From positions 100,503 to 164,502 of the forward strand of contig CAZEAU010000001.1 of the NCBI GenBank assembly GCA_964510515.1: 64,000 bases of DNA, read 5' to 3'. This DNA comes from an uncultured Actinomycetota bacterium (lineage in GTDB: Bacteria > Actinomycetota > Geothermincolia > Geothermincolales > RBG-13-55-18). The translations under genes and the position numbers were made by a program. Positions 40,562 to 49,408 of the stretch are shown here, one piece after another. The stretch's first letter is position 1, and each line of letters starts with the position of its first letter. A model generated the notes under the pieces. The model worked only from the letters and a program-made list of their open reading frames with translations, had not been told where the DNA came from and ran no database searches.

Positions 40562-40861
40562 GTGGAGGGCGCGAAGAGCATGAGCGCGGAGCAGGCACTG
40601 ATAGAGATCGACCGCGTGAGGTGCGTCGGATGCTTTGAATGCATCGATGTCTGCCCTCAGGTGGCCGACCTCGAGTTCCCGGTATTCGAGCCGGGACGCG
40701 ACGGCTTTCCCAAGGTGGTCAACGAGGGCAGCTGCATACGCTGCCTGAGCTGCGAGTACGCCTGCCGCGCGGAGGCGATAAGGGTCGGGGGCGGAAGCCG
40801 CGCCGACCGTCCCGGCAGGCTGGAGGCAGGGGCGGAGCGGAAATGCCGCTCCACGTTCTGA
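40562..40861 (+). CDS. 2x[4Fe-4S] ferredoxin
   Basis: Two CxxCxxCxxxCP motifs (CVGCFECIDVCP; CIRCLSCEYAC); GTG start after AGGATAAGGAGAG. Confidence 0.75.
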   Translation: MEGAKSMSAEQALIEIDRVRCVGCFECIDVCPQVADLEFPVFEPGRDGFPKVVNEGSCIRCLSCEYACRAEAIRVGGGSRADRPGRLEAGAERKCRSTF

Positions 40862-40973
40862 GCGCGCCGGGCCGCTGCCCGCCCGGGGTGCCGGGGGCGC
40901 GACCGGCGGCCGCGGCGCAGGCGGGTGAGGGGGTTCCGGTCAAGAATAACGGCGAAATGACGATACCTATCCA

Positions 40974-41002
40974 TTGGAGCCATGATTTAACTTTAGTATA
41001 AT
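40974..41002 (+). promoter_or_regulatory. candidate sigma70 promoter (TTGGAG-17 nt-TATAAT) for the Roadblock-PATAN-GTPase operon
   Basis: Consensus -10 TATAAT in an AT-rich island inside the 285-nt gap between the ferredoxin and the first Roadblock gene. Confidence 0.35.
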
Positions 41003-41145
41003 CATGCAACAGAATTAACGGATTAAAACCGCGATAAGGTAATGTCGATAGTAGTTGTGAGGACCGGGCACGGAATTGCCGGAAGGCCTGAGCGAGAAAA
41101 AAGGGGGAAAGGCCTCTTTCTCCCCGGGGCAGGAGGTGGTATGGA

Positions 41146-41499
41146 TTGCCCGATTTGAGAAAAGCCCTTGAGGAACTGGTCGCCACCGGGACCGTGCGTG
41201 CCGCCCTGGTGGTGGGGAGGGACGGCTTCATCATCGAGACGGCGGGAGAAGATGCGGCCCAACTCGAGGCCGTCGGCGCCATCGCGCCCAGCTCCCTGGG
41301 CGCCGCCGAGGTCATAGGCCTGGAGTTGGCGCAGGGCCCCATGGCCCAGGCGATGTTCGAGTTCGAGAAGGGCGCGATACTCATGAGCGCGGTGAGCGTG
41401 GATGCCATCCTCGTCTCCATCCTTCCCACGAGCGCGAACCTGGGCAAGGCGAGATACGAGATCCGCAAATATCTCCCCGCGATAGAGGCGTCCCTGTGA
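41146..41499 (+). CDS. Roadblock/LC7 (MglB/CvnB-like) domain protein 1
   Basis: 117 aa; TTG start after AGGAGG; LVVGRDGFIIETAGED...AAEVIGLELAQG...GAILMSAVSVDAILVSIL pattern of the Roadblock/LC7 fold. Confidence 0.75.
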   Translation: MPDLRKALEELVATGTVRAALVVGRDGFIIETAGEDAAQLEAVGAIAPSSLGAAEVIGLELAQGPMAQAMFEFEKGAILMSAVSVDAILVSILPTSANLGKARYEIRKYLPAIEASL

Positions 41500-41557
41500 G
41501 CACGACGGACAGCCCTCTTCGTCTGGGGAGGCGTCCCGCATTGTCTCTGGAGGTCAG

Positions 41558-41941
41558 ATGGTTTCGGAAAGAATAGAGAGGATGAACGCCGCCCTCAGGG
41601 ATCTGCGCTCGGGGATGCAGGAGATCGAGGCGGCCGTCCTCATCAGCGCGGACGCCATGGCCCTGGCTTCGGATATCTCCGACGAGGCCGACGAGGAGAT
41701 GATCGGCGCGCTTTCCGCCTCGGTGCTCGGCATGGGCGAGCGGGCGGCGCGCGACCTGAGGAGGGGTGAGCTCGAGCAGGTGTATATAAAGGGGGACCAG
41801 GGCTACCTTCTGCTCCTGCAATGCGGGCCCGATGCCCTTCTCTCCCTTCTGGTCAGGCCGGAAGCGAAGCTGGGCGTGGTCTTCATGGAGGGAAAACGGA
41901 CCGCCGAGGAGCTGGCAAGGCTTTTCGAGCGGGAGATTTGA
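41558..41941 (+). CDS. Roadblock/LC7 domain protein 2
   Basis: 127 aa; same architecture (AAVLISADAMALASDI...YIKGDQGYLLLLQCGPDALLSLLV). Confidence 0.75.
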   Translation: MVSERIERMNAALRDLRSGMQEIEAAVLISADAMALASDISDEADEEMIGALSASVLGMGERAARDLRRGELEQVYIKGDQGYLLLLQCGPDALLSLLVRPEAKLGVVFMEGKRTAEELARLFEREI

Positions 41942-41973
41942 CGCGACTGCTATTCGTATGGGAGGTCGATCGC

Positions 41974-42372
41974 TTGGCGGGTTCTAGGGAGGAGAGACTC
42001 AGGAGCGCTCTCAACGAACTGGTTTCGAGGTCCGCCGAAGTGGATGCGGCGGCCGTGGTGAGCATGGACGGCCTGGTCATGGCCTCGGTTCTTCCCAATA
42101 CCCTCGAGGAGGACAGGCTGGGGGCCATGTCGGCCGCGCTGCTCAGCCTCGGAGAGAGGACCTCCGAGGAGCTGGGCAGGGGAGAGCTCGCGCAGGTTTT
42201 CGTGGAGGGCAACGCGGGATACGTCTTCCTCATGGCCGCCGGGGAAGACGCGGTCCTGACCGCGCTGGTGCGCAAGGGGAGCAAGCTGGGCCTGGTCCTC
42301 TACGACGTCAAGGGGGCGGCTAAAAGGATAGCGGAGATCATAAAAGCGGAATTCCGCATCGAATACGATTGA
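41974..42372 (+). CDS. Roadblock/LC7 domain protein 3 (TTG start inferred; ORF track shows a longer frame from 41821)
   Basis: AAVVSMDGLVMASVLPN...VFVEGNAGYVFLMAAGEDAVLTALV; GGGAGG RBS 8 nt before the TTG at 41974. Confidence 0.65.
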   Translation: MAGSREERLRSALNELVSRSAEVDAAAVVSMDGLVMASVLPNTLEEDRLGAMSAALLSLGERTSEELGRGELAQVFVEGNAGYVFLMAAGEDAVLTALVRKGSKLGLVLYDVKGAAKRIAEIIKAEFRIEYD

Positions 42373-42468
42373 GGCGTTCCCCGGCGCGGAGCGCACGCGG
42401 GAGCGGGCGGCAGCGAAGAGTGGCAAGCCGGCTGGGATGAACGGCGCCAGGACGAGAGATGGTGTTGC

Positions 42469-45400
42469 ATGGCTTTGAAAGGTAGCTTGAAGGACTTCAG
42501 CATCCCCGACCTCTTCCAGTTGTTGAACTTCGGGAAGAAGAACGGGACGCTCAACCTCACGCGGGGACAGGCAAGAGGGTACATATGTTTCCGCAATGGC
42601 GAGGTCTTCTTCGCCACTACCAACTGGAAGAGGCAATCGCTTGGCCTCAAGCTGCTCAACGCCGGGATAGTGAGCAAGGCCCAGATCGACGAGGCGTTGC
42701 AGCTCCAGAGGACCTCGGCACGGGGGCAGCGCCTGGGGCAGCTGCTCATCCGCGAGGGCCATATCACCATGTCCCAGCTGGAAGTCTTTATAGAGGAACA
42801 AATACAGGATGCGGTTTTCGAGATGCTGCGCTGGACGGACGGCGACTTCGATTTCCAGCCGGGCGCAGTCTTCCCGGAAGAGGATATCGGCCTCTCCATA
42901 AGCACCGAGGAACTGATCATGGAGGGATCGAGGCGCCTGGACGAGTGGAACCGCATCGAGAAGAAGATCCCCAGCCTGGAGGCCGTGTTCAGGATGACAT
43001 CCATGCACGGAAGGGAGGCGGCGCAGATAAGCCTCACTCCCGAGGAGTGGATGGTCCTCACCCACGTGGACGGCGATAAGGACGTCAGGCAGATAGTCGA
43101 ACTCACCGGCATGAGCACTCTGCATGCCTGCAAGATACTCTACGGTCTCCTGGGGGCAGGGTTGCTGGAGAGTGTCGCCCCCGTCCAGGACGAGAAGGAG
43201 GCCGACCTCAGGCTGGGGAGGCTGGCGGAGGAATTGGAAAGAGCGGAGGAGGGGGCTGGAGAGCCGCCCGCCCCGGGCGAGGTCCCGGAGCTGGAGCCAG
43301 AACAGCTCGAGGTGCTCGCTCACGGGGGAGGCGCGGTGGCGGAAACGAAGGAGTCTGTGCCCCCCGCGACCACGGGAGAGGAATGGGAGGTAGCGGACGC
43401 CCTGGGCGAGGTGTTCGAAAGGCTGGAGGTGGCCGCGCAGGAGGATGTGCTCACGGCGGCTGACAGGGACGAGGCGGCGGAGCCCCACACTGCGGCGCCC
43501 GATGCGGAGGAAGCCGGGGCGCTCGCAATCGAGATAGGGGCCGAGGCGGGGGAGGAGATACTCGTCGAGGAGATCGTCTTTTCTCCGCCCGACGCGGGCC
43601 CCATTGAGGTGGAGGAAGCGGATGAGGCGGTGAGGGAGAGCGCGGCCGGCCTGCCTCCTGCCGGGGGGCCGGCCGAGGCGGGGATGCCGACCGCCGTGCC
43701 CTGGCTCCCGGGCTCGCGGCGCATCCTGGAGGAGGAGAAGCGGAAAGAGGAAGAGTATATCCGCAGGATGAAGGAAGCTGCCCTGGAGGACTCGGTGGAG
43801 TCGCAGGAGACGCTCAGGATCGACCGCAAGGAGGCCGAGCTGGAGGAGCTGAAAAAGAAGATCAGCTCTCTTCTCCCCGAGGGCATGGGGTTGGACGAGG
43901 TTGAGGAGGAGCCGCGCGAGGAGGCGCCGCAGCGGGCGCTCGACGAGAGCGCACAGAAGATCACGGGGGAGAGCGTTGAGGCCCGGGAAGCCAAGAGGGA
44001 GTACCTGGAGAAGAAATTCGGAAAAGCGGAGAAGCTTGCCGGGGAGGGCGAGATCGCGGGATCCGAACCCGAGGAGATCCCCGAGGAGTGGAAAAGCCAC
44101 CTGGAGAAGAGCGCGCCGAGGGAGCAAGGGGCCGACCTTTACGGGGCTCCGGCCGGGCGAGAAGGCGTGGGCATCGACTTGGAGAAGATCCTGGGCGGCG
44201 CCTTCCGGGGAGCGGCGGTCGCGGAGGGGGAAGGGGCGGAGCCGCAGGGGTTCACCGCCGCATGGGAGCCGCTGGAGGCCCCGAGGCAACCCGAGTGGAG
44301 CGGGGATGCTCCCGGTGGCGAGCACGCCGCGGCAGGAATCCTGGCGGAAGCGTGGGAGAGGCCCGCCGGGGGCGACGAAACCCTCGAGGACGCCATGATG
44401 ACCCCCGCCCTGGAGAGCATAATGCTCGAGGACCTGCCCGAGGGCACGGCCGCAGGCGTTGCCCCTATGGATGCCGCCGCGCTTCCAGCGGAGGCGGAGG
44501 AGGGAGCGGGAGAGCCGCCCATGGCGGCACCCCGGGATGCCTTGACCGAGCCCCCGGCGATGTCCATGCTCGAGAGGGCCATGCTGGAGGACATCTCCGC
44601 GGCCGAGACGCCGCTGCCGGGGGAGGACGTTTTTGCGCCGCAAGCGCAGCCGGAGGCGCTGTCGTCGGCCTCGCAGGAAACATTTTTCGAGATTGACGAG
44701 GACGTGCGGGCGGGCGTGGGGGGCGCGGCGGAAGCCCCACTGGAGGAGTCGTTCGCCGGGGAGCCGCATGAACTGCAGGTGGAGGCGGCGGGTGAGGGCC
44801 TCGAGTCACCGGGCTGCGTGGACTTCGCGGACGAGATAGCCGCCCTGGAAAAGGAGATGCTCGCCGAGCACGCCCTGCCGCATGAACTGAAGATGGAGGT
44901 GCCGCGGGAGGCGATGCCGCCCCAGACGATATTGCGCGGCGATGTGCCGCCCTCCCTGGAGGAACTGGACAAAGTGATCACCGCAGGCGAGGAGGAGACG
45001 CTGCCGGCAACCGAACCGGATGTGGCATCGCATGATGCATGGGGGAGGATGGCCGAGGAGGTGCGCGAAACGGGTTGGCCGCAAGGCGAGACCGATGCGC
45101 CTGCCCCTTACCGCCTTCTGGAGGAGCTGGCGGAGGCGGCCCCCGAGGACATATACATACCGCCGCCGCCTTTCGAGAGCGCCGAGCCCACCTATGCGCC
45201 GCCCATGCAGCAGATGCCGGAGCTAGAGATAAGCGAGCCGGAGTATGCGCCGCCGCCCATGCAGCAGATGCCGGAGCTCGAGGTGAGCGAGCCGGAGTAT
45301 GCGCCGCCCATGCAGCAGATGCCGGAGCTCGAGATGCCCGAGCCCATAGAGCGGCTGGAAGCGCTGGCGGAGGCCTCGGAGGTATCCCCCGAGGAGGCGT

Positions 45401-46020
45401 ATGTGCCGCCGCTGCTTCTGGAGAGCGCCGAGCCCACATATGCTGAGCCGGCGCAAGCGATGCCGGAGCTCGAGGCAAGCGAGCCGGAGTATGCGCCGCC
45501 ACCCATGCAGCAGATGCCGGAGCTCGAGATGCCCGAGCCCATAGAGCGGCTGGAAGCGCTGGCGGAGGCCTCGGAGGTATCCCCCGAGGAGGCGTATGTG
45601 CCGCCGCTGCTTCTGGAGAGCGCCGAGCCCACATATGCTGAGCCGGCGCAAGCGATGCCGGAGTTCGAGGTGAGCGAGCCGGAGTATGCGCCGCCGCCCC
45701 AAGGCCGCGAGACCGCGCCGGCCGCGGCCCCCACCGTGCCCCGCGAGGAAGGAGCGGGCGGGTATGCGGAGGAAGAGGGCTACGGCGAGGATCACGAATT
45801 TGATATGGGCAATTATTCCCTGGAGAGGGAGCTTGCGGAGCTCACCGGGGCCTCGATGCCGCAGCCGACAAAGAAAATAAAGATCCCGCTGAAGCCGAAA
45901 GGAGAAGACGGCGATGTGGAGGAAATAGATAAGGGCAAGCCGCTCCCGAAGGTTAAGCGGGATAAGGCGGTGACGAAGAGCATAATCATGCGCATCATTG
46001 ACGGCATCAAAAGACTGTAA
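42469..46020 (+). CDS. PATAN/DUF4388-domain protein with about 850-aa acidic Glu/Pro/Ala-rich low-complexity tail containing tandem repeats
   Basis: N-terminal about 110 aa ([49 protein letters not shown]) match DUF4388/PATAN; remainder E-rich with repeated EYAPP(P)MQQMPELE and two 65-aa near-identical units. Confidence 0.7.
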   Translation: MALKGSLKDFSIPDLFQLLNFGKKNGTLNLTRGQARGYICFRNGEVFFATTNWKRQSLGLKLLNAGIVSKAQIDEALQLQRTSARGQRLGQLLIREGHITMSQLEVFIEEQIQDAVFEMLRWTDGDFDFQPGAVFPEEDIGLSISTEELIMEGSRRLDEWNRIEKKIPSLEAVFRMTSMHGREAAQISLTPEEWMVLTHVDGDKDVRQIVELTGMSTLHACKILYGLLGAGLLESVAPVQDEKEADLRLGRLAEELERAEEGAGEPPAPGEVPELEPEQLEVLAHGGGAVAETKESVPPATTGEEWEVADALGEVFERLEVAAQEDVLTAADRDEAAEPHTAAPDAEEAGALAIEIGAEAGEEILVEEIVFSPPDAGPIEVEEADEAVRESAAGLPPAGGPAEAGMPTAVPWLPGSRRILEEEKRKEEEYIRRMKEAALEDSVESQETLRIDRKEAELEELKKKISSLLPEGMGLDEVEEEPREEAPQRALDESAQKITGESVEAREAKREYLEKKFGKAEKLAGEGEIAGSEPEEIPEEWKSHLEKSAPREQGADLYGAPAGREGVGIDLEKILGGAFRGAAVAEGEGAEPQGFTAAWEPLEAPRQPEWSGDAPGGEHAAAGILAEAWERPAGGDETLEDAMMTPALESIMLEDLPEGTAAGVAPMDAAALPAEAEEGAGEPPMAAPRDALTEPPAMSMLERAMLEDISAAETPLPGEDVFAPQAQPEALSSASQETFFEIDEDVRAGVGGAAEAPLEESFAGEPHELQVEAAGEGLESPGCVDFADEIAALEKEMLAEHALPHELKMEVPREAMPPQTILRGDVPPSLEELDKVITAGEEETLPATEPDVASHDAWGRMAEEVRETGWPQGETDAPAPYRLLEELAEAAPEDIYIPPPPFESAEPTYAPPMQQMPELEISEPEYAPPPMQQMPELEVSEPEYAPPMQQMPELEMPEPIERLEALAEASEVSPEEAYVPPLLLESAEPTYAEPAQAMPELEASEPEYAPPPMQQMPELEMPEPIERLEALAEASEVSPEEAYVPPLLLESAEPTYAEPAQAMPEFEVSEPEYAPPPQGRETAPAAAPTVPREEGAGGYAEEEGYGEDHEFDMGNYSLERELAELTGASMPQPTKKIKIPLKPKGEDGDVEEIDKGKPLPKVKRDKAVTKSIIMRIIDGIKRL
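45331..45720 (+). repeat. in-frame tandem direct repeat, 2 x 195 nt (about 95% identical over the first 170 nt), preceded by three 51-54-nt sub-repeats (about 45180-45340)
   Basis: gagatgcccgagcccatagagcggctggaagcgctggcggaggcctcggaggtatcccccgaggaggcgtatgtgccgccgctgcttctggagagcgccgagcccacatatgctgagccggcgcaagcgatgccggag occurs at 45331 and again at 45526. Confidence 0.85.
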
Positions 46021-46023
46021 GGG

Positions 46024-46566
46024 GTGGGTGCTCAATTGCGATCCTTCAAAATCGTAGTCACCGGGCCGTTCAGCGCGGGCAAGACGACCTTCATCAAGAG
46101 CGTGAGCGAGATATCCATCGTCTCCACGGAGAGGTCGATATCCGATTCCACGCGGCGCGTGAAAGCCGAGACGACGGTGGCCATGGACTTCGGCAGGATC
46201 ACCATCTCCAAAGACATCGTGCTCTATCTTTTCGGGACGCCGGGCCAGGAACGTTTCGATTTCATGTGGCAGATCCTTTCCGAAGGCATGCTGGGCTACA
46301 TCCTGATGCTCGACGCGAGCCGCCCGGAGACCTACGAGGAGGGAAAGCGCATACTGGAGTTTTTCGCAACTCTCTCGGAGGCGCCTTTCGTCGTCGGGGT
46401 GACCCGCATCGGGAGCGAGGGCGATGCCGCCGCGGTGGAGAGGATAAGGCAGGATATGAGCGTTGATGGAGATGTCCAGATCATACCCTGCGATACCAGA
46501 CAGAAAGAGGACGTGAAGAGAGTCCTCCTCAGCCTGCTCTACGACATACTCAAGACCCTCGACTGA
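46024..46566 (+). CDS. small Ras-like GTPase of the MglA/CvnD (conservon subunit D) family
   Basis: P-loop GPFSAGKTTF, TTVAMDFGRI switch I region, LFGTPGQERF switch II (DxxGQ); 180 aa; start 4 nt after the PATAN gene stop. Confidence 0.8.
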   Translation: MGAQLRSFKIVVTGPFSAGKTTFIKSVSEISIVSTERSISDSTRRVKAETTVAMDFGRITISKDIVLYLFGTPGQERFDFMWQILSEGMLGYILMLDASRPETYEEGKRILEFFATLSEAPFVVGVTRIGSEGDAAAVERIRQDMSVDGDVQIIPCDTRQKEDVKRVLLSLLYDILKTLD

Positions 46567-46641
46567 TCGGGCCCTCGCCCGGGATAGGCTGGCGCGGCAT
46601 GAGGCGCCGGGGGTAATGGCATGGGGGGACGCGGGGGGCAT

Positions 46642-47502
46642 ATGAGGATCAACGGCGAAACCCGACTGGTAGGCATCATCGGCCACGAGATCGGCTACAC
46701 CATGTCACCGGCGATGCACAATGCCGCGTTCGACGCACTGGGCATGAACTGGGCCTACGTCCCCCTGCGCGTCCCCCCGCAGCAGTTGCAGCCCGCCCTG
46801 CACGGTCTGCGCGCCTGCGGCTTCAGGGGATTCAACGTGACTATCCCCCACAAGGTGGAGAGCGTGCGTTATCTGGATGAGACCAGGGGGCCGTCTGCCT
46901 TGCTTGGGGCGGTCAACACCGTGGTCAACGAGGGGGGAAGGCTGCTCGGCTACAATACCGACGTCGAGGGCTTTCGCTCCTTCCTGGCTGAGGCCGGCGT
47001 GCCCGCGGGCGGCTCATGCGCGCTGCTCTTGGGCGCGGGCGGCGCGGCGCGCGCCGTCGCGCTCGCGCTGGCGCAGGCGGGAGCCGGGCGCATCTACGTC
47101 ATCAATCGCACGCCGCAGCGTGCGCAGGAGCTGGCGGCCCTGTTAAAGAGGGCGGCGCCGGGGACCGAGATATCTGTAAGGACGTACGACAGCGTGGGCT
47201 CGCTGGTCCTGCGGGAATGTGACCTGGCGATCAACTGTATCCCCGCCGCCGGCTCTGGGGGGGTGGCCCTGCCCCTGGACTACGAGGCTTTTGGCGAGGG
47301 GAAGTGGGCGATAGACATCGGGTATGCGGGGGCGGGGTCGGCATTCCTGAGGGAAGCCGCCGCTCGGGGGGCGAAGACGGCCGACGGCGCGGGCATGCTC
47401 GTCCACCAGGCCGCCGCCTCCTTTCGCCTGTGGACGGGAAGGCCGGCCCCGCTGGGCGAGATGAAGAGCGCCTGCCTCGGCGAGCCGGCCGGAGAAGGAT
47501 AA
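46642..47502 (+). CDS. aroE: shikimate dehydrogenase AroE
   Basis: LVGIIGHEIGYTMSPAMHNAAF...GFNVTIPHK...GYNTDVEGF...LLGAGGAARAV Rossmann motif. Confidence 0.92.
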   Translation: MRINGETRLVGIIGHEIGYTMSPAMHNAAFDALGMNWAYVPLRVPPQQLQPALHGLRACGFRGFNVTIPHKVESVRYLDETRGPSALLGAVNTVVNEGGRLLGYNTDVEGFRSFLAEAGVPAGGSCALLLGAGGAARAVALALAQAGAGRIYVINRTPQRAQELAALLKRAAPGTEISVRTYDSVGSLVLRECDLAINCIPAAGSGGVALPLDYEAFGEGKWAIDIGYAGAGSAFLREAAARGAKTADGAGMLVHQAAASFRLWTGRPAPLGEMKSACLGEPAGEG

Positions 47503-47521
47503 CGGCAAGAGGATAAGCGGT

Positions 47522-49189
47522 ATGCAGAAACCGAAGAAAGAAAAGCTGGGACAGATACTCATCAGGAACCGCATCATCGATGAAGAGCAGCTCCGGCAGG
47601 CCTTGGAGCGGCAGGCGGAGACGGGCGAATCGTTGGGCAGGGTTCTCATCGAATTGAAGATGGTGAGCGAGGGCGCCCTGACCTCCGTGCTCGCCCGCCA
47701 GATAGGGTTGAAATTCGCCGACCTCGGAACCTTCGACGTTGACATCTCCGCCTGCTCCCTGGTGAGCGCGGAGGTAGCCAGGCGCTACACCCTCATCCCG
47801 GTGGGCTTCAACGGGGACCGCCTGATGGTGGCCATGGCCGACCCCACCAACGTCTTCGCCCTGGACGACGTCCGTATCATGACCGGGATGCAGGTCGAGC
47901 CGCTCGTGGCCACCAAGGAGGATATCGTCGCCGCCATCAACCGCTACTGCCGCTCGGATACGGACATGGACATAACCACGGAAGATTTGGTGGAGGGCGA
48001 GGTGGAGGAGGACGTCGAAGCGGTTGTCGATGACGCTCCCATAGTGAAGTACGTGAACCTGCTCATCTCCGAGGCGGTCAACGACCGCGCCGCGGACGTG
48101 CACATAGAGCCCATGGAGCATGACGTGAGGGTGCGCTTCCGCATCGACGGGGTGCTGCACGAGATACGCAGGAATCCCAGGCAGATCCACCCCGGCGTGG
48201 TGGCCAGGATAAAGGTCATGGCGGACATGAACATAGCGGAGAAGCGCCTGCCCCAGGACGGCAGGGCTTCGGTGGACATCAGGGGCAAACAGATCGACCT
48301 GCGCGTGGCCTCGCTTCCCACCATACACGGCGAAAAGGTGGTGCTGCGCGTCCTCGACAAGAGCGCATCGCTGATGAGCCTGCAGGACCTGGGTTTCAGC
48401 GAGGACATCCTGGAGGTGTATTCGCGCAGCTTCCACAAGCCCTACGGCACCATCCTGGTCACCGGCCCCACCGGCAGCGGCAAGACCACCACCCTCTACG
48501 CCACCCTCAACGTGCTCAACAGCATCAAGCAGAACATCATCACCGTGGAGGACCCGGTGGAGTATCGCCTGCCCCTCATCAATCAGGTGCAGGTGCATTA
48601 CAAGGCCGGCCTGACCTTCAGCGCCGCGCTGCGCTCCATCCTGAGATGCGACCCCGATATCGTCATGATCGGCGAGATCCGCGACCCGGAATCAGCCCAG
48701 ATAGCCATCGAGTCGGCGCTTACCGGGCATCTCGTCCTCTCAACCCTGCATACCAACGACGCCCCCAGCGCGCTGACCCGCCTGCTGGAGATGGGCATAG
48801 AGCCTTTCCTCATCGCATCGGCGGTGGACTGCGTGAGCTCGCAGAGGCTGGCGCGAAAGCTGTGCGAGCGCTGCAAGGAGGCCTATGAGCCCGACCCGGA
48901 ATACCTGGAGAAGGTCAGGTTCAGCTGGGAAAACGGGCAGGAAAGAGTCCTTTACCGGCCCAGAGGCTGCCCCGCCTGCAACAACACCGGCTACAAGGGA
49001 AGGGTGGGCGTTTACGAGGTGCTGGAGGTTACGGAGGATATAGAACGCCTGGTGGCCAAGAACGCCCCCCACGTCGAGATCGCCGCGGCGGCGCGCGCGG
49101 AGGGGATGAGGACCATGCGTGAAGAGGGCTTCGTCAAGGTCAGGGAGGGCATGACTTACATCGACGAGGTCTTGAGGGTCATCATGTGA
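47522..49189 (+). CDS. pilB: type IV pilus assembly (extension) ATPase PilB/GspE family
   Basis: N-terminal GSPII domain, Walker A GPTGSGKTT, Asp/His boxes, C-terminal tetracysteine CPAC...zinc motif. Confidence 0.92.
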   Translation: MQKPKKEKLGQILIRNRIIDEEQLRQALERQAETGESLGRVLIELKMVSEGALTSVLARQIGLKFADLGTFDVDISACSLVSAEVARRYTLIPVGFNGDRLMVAMADPTNVFALDDVRIMTGMQVEPLVATKEDIVAAINRYCRSDTDMDITTEDLVEGEVEEDVEAVVDDAPIVKYVNLLISEAVNDRAADVHIEPMEHDVRVRFRIDGVLHEIRRNPRQIHPGVVARIKVMADMNIAEKRLPQDGRASVDIRGKQIDLRVASLPTIHGEKVVLRVLDKSASLMSLQDLGFSEDILEVYSRSFHKPYGTILVTGPTGSGKTTTLYATLNVLNSIKQNIITVEDPVEYRLPLINQVQVHYKAGLTFSAALRSILRCDPDIVMIGEIRDPESAQIAIESALTGHLVLSTLHTNDAPSALTRLLEMGIEPFLIASAVDCVSSQRLARKLCERCKEAYEPDPEYLEKVRFSWENGQERVLYRPRGCPACNNTGYKGRVGVYEVLEVTEDIERLVAKNAPHVEIAAAARAEGMRTMREEGFVKVREGMTYIDEVLRVIM

Positions 49190-49408
49190 GGGGTCATCAT
49201 CTGAGCGCGCCCGCATATTGGGGTGAAAGAATCGGCGTCCGCGGCCGATATCAAGATGGGACGGGCAGGCAGGCGGCCGCGCAGCACAACCTGGGAACAT
49301 GGAGCGGGGCGGGTGGGAGGAGCGCTCTTCCCCACACGGCCCAAGGGTACGGCCCGAGCACACGGCCCGAGCGCACGGTACGGGAGGAACGGGAGAGGAG
49401 GAAGGGCT

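Noticed and set aside
45180-45720. Regularly spaced direct repeats that might have suggested a CRISPR array
   Set aside because: The repeats are in-frame coding tandem duplications (51-54-nt and 195-nt periods) inside a long ORF, with no unique spacers of CRISPR type and no cas genes.
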